The notes beneath the pieces were generated by a model, which saw only the letters and a program-made list of their open reading frames with translations, had not been told where the DNA came from and ran no database searches. A program made the translations under genes and the position numbers. DNA of 26,267 bases from Candidatus Bathyarchaeota archaeon (GTDB lineage Archaea > Thermoproteota > Bathyarchaeia > Bathyarchaeales > Bathycorpusculaceae), in NCBI GenBank assembly GCA_014859805.1, contig JACUTN010000001.1, positions 1-26,267 on the forward strand, written 5' to 3'. The stretch's first letter is position 1; each line of letters begins with the position of its first letter. Positions 8,383 to 15,931 of this stretch are shown here, piece by piece.

Positions 8383-8682
8383 ATGGATATAGTCTTTGAG
8401 TTCGATCAAAACTGGTATGTTTTGTTCTTCGCTTTCTTGTTATCATGGCTAATTATATCGATTAGTAGAAAAAATCATAGAGGTAAAAAGGAAGCTAAAG
8501 AACAGCTTTGTTTGGCTTTAGGTGGTCTAATTACCCTATTACTTATGGAAGTCTTTGCTACCTCTACGAACCTATGGCATTACATGCCTGGAAATTGGCC
8601 AATAATTTTGTGGCCAACATATTTCGTAGCAATATTATTTGGATATCAATTGTTAAGGTTCGTCGAAGGACTCTTCTCATAA
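8383..8682 (+). CDS. Small integral membrane protein (about 3 hydrophobic segments), unknown function
   Basis: Hydrophobic stretches WYVLFFAFLLSWLIISI, LCLALGGLITLLLMEVF, IILWPTYFVAILFGY. Confidence 0.7.
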   Translation: MDIVFEFDQNWYVLFFAFLLSWLIISISRKNHRGKKEAKEQLCLALGGLITLLLMEVFATSTNLWHYMPGNWPIILWPTYFVAILFGYQLLRFVEGLFS

Positions 8683-8926
8683 CCGTCTTCGAGTTTACAC
8701 GATTGTGTTCACCCTAAGCAAAAATTTGCATAGATTTGCAGAAAGTTAAGAAAGAAGGAAGTTTTGTGAGAAACACATTGTTTGCCTTAGGATTCAAAAA
8801 AAGATAAGAATATCCAATGTGTTGCTTGAAATCTATTCAGGACTTCAGTTTATTGGTTGTAAACGGTAGAGAGACGTAGTAAAATATTTTAGTGCAGACG
8901 GGAAACATTACAGCGAGGAAATTTAA

Positions 8927-9166
8927 ATGCCAACAGCATTTGTGCTAATAAACACTGAGATAGGTTCAGAAGCAGATGTGCTAGGGACATTGAAGAAAGT
9001 TGAGGGAGTTGATGAAGCCTTCGCTGTTTACGGAGTCTACGACATAATTGCCAGGGTTAAAGCAGACACTATGGATAAGCTTAAGGAAATCGTAACTTGG
9101 CGTATCCGAAGGCTTGACAAGGTTAGGTCAACATTGACAATGATAGTGGTAGAAGCGTCAAAATAG
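8927..9166 (+). CDS. Stand-alone Lrp/AsnC ligand-binding (RAM) domain protein
   Basis: AFVLI...VYGVYDIIARV...VRSTLTMIV; 79 aa with no HTH. Confidence 0.9.
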   Translation: MPTAFVLINTEIGSEADVLGTLKKVEGVDEAFAVYGVYDIIARVKADTMDKLKEIVTWRIRRLDKVRSTLTMIVVEASK

Positions 9167-9252
9167 CACAAAATCCCTCTTTTTATTTTTGCAAGTAACC
9201 TTTTAACATTCCAATTTAATCTTCTAACTCAAAAGGGGACGTGTTGCCATAA

Positions 9253-10593
9253 ATGACCATAAAAACAATGCATATTGGATTGGATGACACTGATTCGCCG
9301 AGAAAGGGATGCACCACATATGTTGCTGCTCTTCTCGTGGAAAAACTGCAAAAAATGGGAGCCGAATTCATTGACTACCCAAACTTGGTTAGGTTGAACC
9401 CGAACGTGCCGTGGAAAACTAGGGGGAACGGGGCACTATGCTTACGAATAAAATACAACGAAAACGACGAAGATGAAATCAAAGAAACCGTCATAGGCAC
9501 GGTGGAAGAACATGCAGATTTCGATTATGAAGGCACAGACCCAGGTATAGTATTCTTTGAAGGAACCGGAATTCCGAAGGAAATCAAAACGTTCTCAAAA
9601 AACGCAATCACCGGAATTGTGAATCTTGATGATGCTTTGAAGCTCTTGAAGAGGGTCAAGGCTGAGGCTGTTGGTTTTAAAAAATGTCGAGGAATCATAG
9701 GCGCTTTGGCAGCTGTCGGCGAAACTTTTGAAGGCGACTACACTTTTGAAATTCTTGCCTATCGCGTTCCAGAGAATTATGGTTTGAAAAGAAGAGTTGA
9801 CGAATCTTCAATTGTTGAGATGGATAAGGCGACAGCACCCTACACGTTCAACAATGTTGACGAAGAAAAAGAAAGGGTTATCATAACACCGAGAGGTCCA
9901 GACCCTATTTTTCTCGGTATCAGAGGCGAAACTTCGGAAATTGTGAAGAAGGCATATGAAACGGTGGAACCTCTTGAACCCGTTGAAAGATGGGTTATTT
10001 TTCGCACTAATCAGGGAACAGACGCTCATCTGAAACGAGTTAAGCAGTTGAGTCAAATAAAACCATATAACCCAGTGATTGCCAGAGGAACCGTGGCAGA
10101 AAACCCGAAGATAATCCCGAGAAGACACGTTATTTTCTCAATTAAAGACGAAAGCGCACAGGTTGATTGTGCAGCTTATGAACCGACAGGTGTTCTCCGC
10201 AAGGCTGCAAGAAAGCTGATTGTGAGAGATCACGTGGAAGTCTACGGGGGTGTTCGTGCTCCTTCGGAAAGTTATCCGCTAACTATAAACCTTGAAAAAA
10301 TCAGGGTTCTAAAGCTTGCACCAAGAATCGTTTATTACAATCCGGTTTGTCCAAAGTGTGGAAAGCGGCTTAAATCTATGGGAAGGAATAAGGGCTTCAG
10401 ATGTGAAAAATGTGGTTCAAGATACGCTGATGTTGGCAAAATTGAGGTTAAAATGGAGCGTGAAATAAAGGAAAGCCTGTACATGACTTCGACTCGGTCT
10501 CAGAGGCATCTGACTAAGCCGTTTAGGCGTTACGGACTGGAGAAAAGTCACGCAATATTTAAAGGGTTAATTGAGGATTGGCATTTTCCTTGA
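9253..10593 (+). CDS. tiaS: tRNA(Ile2) 2-agmatinylcytidine synthetase
   Basis: IGLDDTDS, RLNPNVPWKTRGNGA, TPRGPDP, FRTNQGTD, OB fold with YEPTG, C-terminal zinc ribbon CPKC/CEKC. Confidence 0.96.
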   Translation: MTIKTMHIGLDDTDSPRKGCTTYVAALLVEKLQKMGAEFIDYPNLVRLNPNVPWKTRGNGALCLRIKYNENDEDEIKETVIGTVEEHADFDYEGTDPGIVFFEGTGIPKEIKTFSKNAITGIVNLDDALKLLKRVKAEAVGFKKCRGIIGALAAVGETFEGDYTFEILAYRVPENYGLKRRVDESSIVEMDKATAPYTFNNVDEEKERVIITPRGPDPIFLGIRGETSEIVKKAYETVEPLEPVERWVIFRTNQGTDAHLKRVKQLSQIKPYNPVIARGTVAENPKIIPRRHVIFSIKDESAQVDCAAYEPTGVLRKAARKLIVRDHVEVYGGVRAPSESYPLTINLEKIRVLKLAPRIVYYNPVCPKCGKRLKSMGRNKGFRCEKCGSRYADVGKIEVKMEREIKESLYMTSTRSQRHLTKPFRRYGLEKSHAIFKGLIEDWHFP

Positions 10594-10596
10594 TTC

Positions 10597-10836
10597 TTAT
10601 TCTTTATTCACTTTGAAGATTTCGCAAAGCAGTTGATACAGCTCGTCTCCACCTTCCACTTTTGAGAACATGCCTCTTTCAGTTTTAAGTATGCGTCCAA
10701 CAGCATGATATGTTTGTCTCCATTCCAGTTCCTTCCACATCATGCGGTAATTTTTCAGTTCAATCCACGCTCTGAAGATTAAAACAACGAACATGCCTAG
10801 GGTGAGTGAAAGGTTCAGCAGATATATCCACAGCAC
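10597..10836 (-). CDS. Hypothetical small protein with an N-terminal transmembrane segment
   Basis: 79-aa ORF filling the gap between tiaS and FUN14; strong AGGAGGTGA SD at 10860-10852; exact start uncertain. Confidence 0.6.
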   Translation of the reverse strand: MLWIYLLNLSLTLGMFVVLIFRAWIELKNYRMMWKELEWRQTYHAVGRILKTERGMFSKVEGGDELYQLLCEIFKVNKE

Positions 10837-10937
10837 ATCATCCGTGGCTTTTCACCTCCTTCTTGTCATATGCCTTGTATTTTATGAGCAATATGCATTT
10901 AAATCAAACTTGTGTTGCATATTTAGAGAGGGTTTCG

Positions 10938-11246
10938 ATGAGCGCTGTTTTACCCTCAGTAGTTTACCAGTTAGGCGTGGGAGGAATAGGCGGCTTCATA
11001 GTTGGATATGCAATGAAGAAAATAAGCAAGTTAATAGTTGTTTTAATAGGTTTATTCATAACTTTCCTTCTTTACTTAGGCACACGTGGGATAATCAGCA
11101 TAAACTATGGAGAACTTTGGGGGGCATTAGATGATTTACTCGGTTTTGCTAGTCAAGCAGCAACATGGCTTATCAGCTTTATATCTCTTTTGCCTTTCAT
11201 GGGAAGCTTCTTGGCTGGCTTCTTGCTTGGCTTTAAACTCGGATAG
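10938..11246 (+). CDS. FUN14-family membrane protein
   Basis: QLGVGGIGGFIVGYAMKKISK...GIISINY...GFLAGFLLGFK. Start moved to ATG 10938. Confidence 0.85.
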   Translation: MSAVLPSVVYQLGVGGIGGFIVGYAMKKISKLIVVLIGLFITFLLYLGTRGIISINYGELWGALDDLLGFASQAATWLISFISLLPFMGSFLAGFLLGFKLG

Positions 11247-11318
11247 TGAAATGGTTAAATGTTTGATTCTCGATAATCCTTTGGAAAAGCTGATTTCAGC
11301 ACGTCGAGGGTCTCAACA

Positions 11319-14111
11319 TTGAAAAAGTTTCCAAAAGAGGAATACAGCATACCGTTCTTTAAAGAAGAAGGTTACGTAAGGAAATTATGTCCCAAATGCA
11401 AAGAATATTTTTGGACGCAAAATCCAGACCAAGAAACTTGTGGGGAAGCAACCCCTGAAGGTTGCACATTCTACACGTTCATAAACAATCCGCCGACAAG
11501 GAAAAGTTACAGTTTACGTGAGATGCGTGAGGCTTTTCTGTCGTTTTTTGAAAAACATGGACACACCCGTATAAAGCCTTATCCAGTAGTGGCAAGATGG
11601 AGAGACGACATTTACCTAACACACGCGAGCATAATAGACTTTCAGCCATACGTAACCGACGGAATTGCTCCACCACCAGCAAATCCTCTTGTGATTGTTC
11701 AACCATGCATCCGCTTGGTGGACATAGCCAATACTGGTCCGACTTTCGGCAGACACTTAACAATTTTTGAAATGGGCGGGCATCACGCATTTAACTATCC
11801 GGACAAGGAGGTTTACTGGAAAGACCAGACTGTAAGATATCATCATGAGTTTATCACAAAAGAGTTGGGAGTGAAATCTGAAGAAGTCATCTACAAGGAA
11901 GACGTCTGGGTTGGCGGTGGAAACGCTGGTCCAGACGTTGAATGCATTGTTCGAGGTTTAGAAGTTGACACGCTCGTTTTCATGCAATACAAGGTCATCA
12001 ACAATGAATTCGTCAAGTTGCCCATAAGGACTGTTGACACTGGTTATGGAATAGACCGTTACGCATGGCTTTCTCAAGGTGTGCCGAGTTGTTTTCATGC
12101 AGTTTACGGCGGCTTGCTTGACAAGATCTTTGAGATGGCTGAAGTAGGCGGAATAGATAACGATCTACTGATGAAGGTAGCTGAGGTTTCCGGCTTAGTA
12201 AGCTTGGATAAAACAGCGAGTAGACTTGAAGCTAGAAGAAAAATAGCGGAAATTGTTGGAATGAAAGTGAAAGAGTTAGACGAGTTATTGCTTCCCATCG
12301 AAAACGTGTTCACAGTTGCAGACCACACCAAATGCTTAGGCTTCATACTTTCTGAAGGCATCGTTCCATCAAACATTCAAGAAGGATACTTAGCAAGACT
12401 TCTATTCCGCAGAGCCTACAGACTTTTGAAAATGTTGGACATAACAGACAAGCTTTACGATATTATGAACATGCAAATCGAATTCTGGTCCAAGGATTAC
12501 CCACATCTTAAGGAAATGCAAAACGAGATAATGGAAATCCTTTCAGTTGAAGAAGAAAAGTTTAAAGAAACCATAAAAAGAGGCGGAGGCCTAGTAAAGC
12601 GGATCGCAGGAGAGCTAAAGACAAAGAACATTCCAGAAATCCCAGTGGAAACCTTGACTGAACTGTATGATTCACATGGGCTTCCACCCGAAATTGTTAA
12701 GCAGTTCGCCGAAAAAGAAGGGTTAGAGGCAGAGGTCCCGGAAAACTTCTATGCTTTAATCGCAGAAAGACACATGCAAGCACCCAGAAAAGTGGAAGAG
12801 GCGAAACTGGAAGAAAAGCTGGAAACAACGGTTTCGAATCTTGCAGAAACCGAGCACTTGTACTATCAAGACCAATACATGAAGGAGTCTGACGCAAAAG
12901 TCGTCAAAGTAATAGACAGCGAATATGTTGTTCTTGACAAAACATGCTTCTATCCAGAAGGCGGAGGACAACCAGCAGACACTGGCTACCTAGTTTTTGA
13001 AGGAAACAAAGTTGAGGTTGTTGATGTTCAAAAAGTCGGCAAGGTAATTATCCACAAAGTGAAGGGCACAGTTCCAAAAGAGAATAGCCTTGTCAGCGGA
13101 GTCATTGACTGGGAAAAAAGATACAGTCTCATGAAGAATCACACCGCCACACACATAGTTAACGGTGCTGCAAGACGCGTTCTGGGGCAACATGTTTGGC
13201 AGTTTGGAACACAAAAAGGCGTCAATCGGTCTAGACTGGACATTTCACATTATCGCAGACTAACACTGAAGGAAGTACATGAAATAGAAAAATTGGCAAA
13301 CGAAGTGATTTCACAAAATATTTCTGTGGAAACTTCTCGGATGCCTCGAAGCGAAGCGGAAAAACTTTACGGCTTCAGACTTTACCAAGGCGGAGCTATT
13401 CCAGGAAAAGAAATACGTGTTGTAAAAATTGGAGACTGGGATGTTGAAGCATGTGCCGGGACTCACCTAAAAAACACGGGTGAAATCGGATTCATCAAGA
13501 TAATTCATTCGGAAAGGGTTCAGGACGGCGTGGAAAGACTTGTCTATTCCGTTGGAATTTCAGCACTTAAGGCAGTGCAAGAAAAAGAGGAAAAACTCTG
13601 GAAACTTTCGGAAATTTTGAATGCACCTCTTGATAAACTTGATAAAACAGCAGAAAAAATTGTCAAAGAATTAAAAGAAGCAAACACAGAAAAAAGAAAA
13701 CTCATCAAAGAAATAGCGGAGCGAGAAAGCACGGTTCTAGGCGGTAGACCAGAAGGCGAAGAAATCAAAGAAATAGAAGGCATTAAAATTGTGATGCGTG
13801 ACTTTAAAGAGGCAATTGATGTTGATCGCATGGTTCAAACAGCAAATCAGCTAATCAAAAGAGACGAAGCAATCGTCACAATATTTTATGGAACAGATGG
13901 AAAAAACGCGTGGATAACAGTTATGGTTGGAAAAAACGCCTTAGAAAAGGGCGCAAATGCCGGTGAAATAATTAGAGAAGCCTCAGCAATCATAGGCGGC
14001 GGAGGCGGCGGAAAACCTAGCTTCGCTCAAGGCGGCGGAACAGCCGTCAAAAAACTGCAGGAAGCTGTCAAAAAAGCCGAAGAAACTCTGAAGAAACAAC
14101 TGAAACCTTAG
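11319..14111 (+). CDS. alaS: Alanyl-tRNA synthetase (archaeal type)
   Basis: N-terminal CxxC zinc region, QPCIR, HLTIFEMGGHHAF, VDTGYG, DHTK, PSN, LYDSHG, editing HTATH and CAGTH, C-Ala GGGGGK. Confidence 0.97.
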   Translation: MKKFPKEEYSIPFFKEEGYVRKLCPKCKEYFWTQNPDQETCGEATPEGCTFYTFINNPPTRKSYSLREMREAFLSFFEKHGHTRIKPYPVVARWRDDIYLTHASIIDFQPYVTDGIAPPPANPLVIVQPCIRLVDIANTGPTFGRHLTIFEMGGHHAFNYPDKEVYWKDQTVRYHHEFITKELGVKSEEVIYKEDVWVGGGNAGPDVECIVRGLEVDTLVFMQYKVINNEFVKLPIRTVDTGYGIDRYAWLSQGVPSCFHAVYGGLLDKIFEMAEVGGIDNDLLMKVAEVSGLVSLDKTASRLEARRKIAEIVGMKVKELDELLLPIENVFTVADHTKCLGFILSEGIVPSNIQEGYLARLLFRRAYRLLKMLDITDKLYDIMNMQIEFWSKDYPHLKEMQNEIMEILSVEEEKFKETIKRGGGLVKRIAGELKTKNIPEIPVETLTELYDSHGLPPEIVKQFAEKEGLEAEVPENFYALIAERHMQAPRKVEEAKLEEKLETTVSNLAETEHLYYQDQYMKESDAKVVKVIDSEYVVLDKTCFYPEGGGQPADTGYLVFEGNKVEVVDVQKVGKVIIHKVKGTVPKENSLVSGVIDWEKRYSLMKNHTATHIVNGAARRVLGQHVWQFGTQKGVNRSRLDISHYRRLTLKEVHEIEKLANEVISQNISVETSRMPRSEAEKLYGFRLYQGGAIPGKEIRVVKIGDWDVEACAGTHLKNTGEIGFIKIIHSERVQDGVERLVYSVGISALKAVQEKEEKLWKLSEILNAPLDKLDKTAEKIVKELKEANTEKRKLIKEIAERESTVLGGRPEGEEIKEIEGIKIVMRDFKEAIDVDRMVQTANQLIKRDEAIVTIFYGTDGKNAWITVMVGKNALEKGANAGEIIREASAIIGGGGGGKPSFAQGGGTAVKKLQEAVKKAEETLKKQLKP

Positions 14112-14266
14112 CACGTGCGCATGGGTTTAGTGTAACAATAGTTATCGAGAGGAAGAGAAACAGTGACCTGAAATCCGCTTAATCTCCTGATGTTGAACTG
14201 GAACAGAGATTTTTTTTCTATAATCAACTTCAGAGTATGTAGCTCGGTCATATGGGGATGGTTATA

Positions 14267-14296
14267 AAGGCTTTTAAGAATTGAATCCTTTGAATA
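14267..14296 (+). promoter_or_regulatory. Promoter block shared by the two CBS genes (copy 2)
   Basis: AAGGCTTTTAAGAATTGAATCCTTTGAATA; one mismatch to 4079-4108. Confidence 0.7.
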
Positions 14297-14675
14297 CTTG
14301 TTGGGATTTGTTTTGCTGAAGGTCAAAGATGTAATGGCTACAACAGTTGTAACTGCGGATGCCGAATTGAACGTGAGAAAGGCAGTTAAGCGGATGAATA
14401 AACATGAAATAGGCTGTTTAGTTGTGATGAAAAAAGGAAGCTTTGTTGGAATATTAACCGAGCGTGACGTTCTGAAGAGAGTTGTAGCCGACGCTCGGAA
14501 CCCAGATGAGACGCTTGTGAGAGATGTTATGTCCAAGTCTTTGACAGTTGTAGGGCCAGAGGCAAGCTTAGAAGAAGCAACTTTCTTAATGCTTGAAAAA
14601 AGAGTTAAAAAACTCCCAGTCGTGAAAGGCAAAAAACTTGTAGGTATTGTCACACTTACTGACATAGCACGTATC
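14267..14675 (+). repeat. Dispersed duplication of promoter + CBS pair (copy 2)
   Basis: Aligns to 4079-4490. Confidence 0.9.
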
Positions 14676-15779
14676 GCACGAGCGAAAGGCCTGGAAAGAC
14701 TTGAACATGCAAACATCAAAGCAAACTTGATAGCTCACATGCAGAAGGTCAAAATCGGCGAAGATGTCAGACTAGAAATTGAGCTTATAAATGCAGGAAA
14801 AGGACCAGCGCTGCTGATGAGGGTTGAAGAGATCGTTCCAGAAGGTTTCAAGGTCATAAAAAAACCTAGAATCTCCCGCATAGAAAACCGCAACCTCAAC
14901 ATGAAAGGAAAAAGACTTGCACCACTAAAAACGGAAGAAATCAGGCTCATCCTAAGACCCACAACCAAAGGAACTTTCATTCTCAAGCCAAGAATAATAT
15001 GTCTAGACGAAACTGGGAAATACAAATCTTATGAACCTGAACCCGTAAAGATTGATGTGTCTGAGGTTGTTCTTCCACACCGGATTGCTACGGGATATGA
15101 GGATCTTGACAATTTATTGTTCGGTGGCATACCTGAACGCTATGCAGTCATCTTAACCTCGCCTTCGTGTGATGAAAAAGATTTGCTGATCAAAAGATTT
15201 CTGGAAGCAGGAGCAAACAAGGGTCAAATCACGTTTTACATCACCACAAGGGTGAGCGAGCTAGGGGCTTTAGTTGAAGATTTTCAATCAAACTTTTACC
15301 TTCTCATCTGCAACCCTCAAGCAGACTCGATGATCAAAAGCCTGCCAAACGTGTTCAAATTAAAAGGTGTAGAAAATCTAACTGATATCAGTATTGCTTT
15401 AGCCTTAGCTTTTCGTAAATTAGACAAGCCGCTAAAAGGTCCAAGAAGGGCTTGCGTCGAAATTATTCCAGACGTTTTGCTGCAGCATCATGCAGTTGAT
15501 TCCAGAAGATGGTTGAATGGAGTTATTCCAGAACTAAGGTTACAGGGTTTCACTACTTTGGCAGTGATGGATCCCGAAATGCATTCTGCACGCGAAGTTC
15601 GTGCTATCCTGAGTCTTTTCGAAGGAGAGATCAACATCTATGAGAAAGAAACAGAAAAAGGTCTAAGAAAGTTCCTTCGGATCAAGAGAATGTACAATCA
15701 GAAATATTTAGAGAGTGAACTATATCTGAAAAAAGAAAACTTGGAACATGAAAGAAGTAGAAAGTCTAAACAAAAGTGA
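14313..15779 (+). CDS. Fusion: CBS pair + beta-sandwich (Ig-like) domain + degenerate KaiC/RAD55-like ATPase domain
   Basis: CBS pair to 14675; beta-rich segment (VRLEIELINAGKGPA...FILKPRIICLDETG); RIATGYEDLDNLLFGGIP typical of KaiC/RAD55 N-termini, with TSPSCDEK in the Walker A position. Start TTG 14313 by paralog alignment (14298 also possible). Confidence 0.8.
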   Translation: MLKVKDVMATTVVTADAELNVRKAVKRMNKHEIGCLVVMKKGSFVGILTERDVLKRVVADARNPDETLVRDVMSKSLTVVGPEASLEEATFLMLEKRVKKLPVVKGKKLVGIVTLTDIARIARAKGLERLEHANIKANLIAHMQKVKIGEDVRLEIELINAGKGPALLMRVEEIVPEGFKVIKKPRISRIENRNLNMKGKRLAPLKTEEIRLILRPTTKGTFILKPRIICLDETGKYKSYEPEPVKIDVSEVVLPHRIATGYEDLDNLLFGGIPERYAVILTSPSCDEKDLLIKRFLEAGANKGQITFYITTRVSELGALVEDFQSNFYLLICNPQADSMIKSLPNVFKLKGVENLTDISIALALAFRKLDKPLKGPRRACVEIIPDVLLQHHAVDSRRWLNGVIPELRLQGFTTLAVMDPEMHSAREVRAILSLFEGEINIYEKETEKGLRKFLRIKRMYNQKYLESELYLKKENLEHERSRKSKQK

Positions 15780-15890
15780 ACAGAATTATAGTTTTATCAT
15801 GCACTGAAATCGGAGTAAAGAATTAAAGCAAGTTCTGCGCAATTACTTTACGGTGTCAAACTTGAGGGATAGCGTTCTCAACCAATAAAG

Positions 15891-15905
15891 ACAAAACATT
15901 TAATA
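15891..15905 (+). promoter_or_regulatory. BRE/TATA of leuS, probably leaderless transcript
   Basis: ACAAAAC-ATTTAATA ends 26 nt before the ATG; no SD is visible. Confidence 0.5.
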
Positions 15906-15931
15906 GCCCTCAAACCAGTTCAGAAACTTTC

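Noticed and set aside
14108-14719. Long antisense ORFs (14108-14719, 3881-4546) similar to each other
   Set aside because: They are shadows of the duplicated CBS genes; the similarity follows from the sense-strand duplication. Other short antisense ORFs in the track were dismissed likewise.
15075-15779. Circadian KaiC clock
   Set aside because: Single domain, degenerate Walker motifs, and no KaiA/KaiB nearby.
15814-15881. Stem-loops upstream of leuS as a T-box or attenuator-like leader
   Set aside because: They lie upstream of the candidate TATA, the transcript looks leaderless, and no T-box consensus is present.
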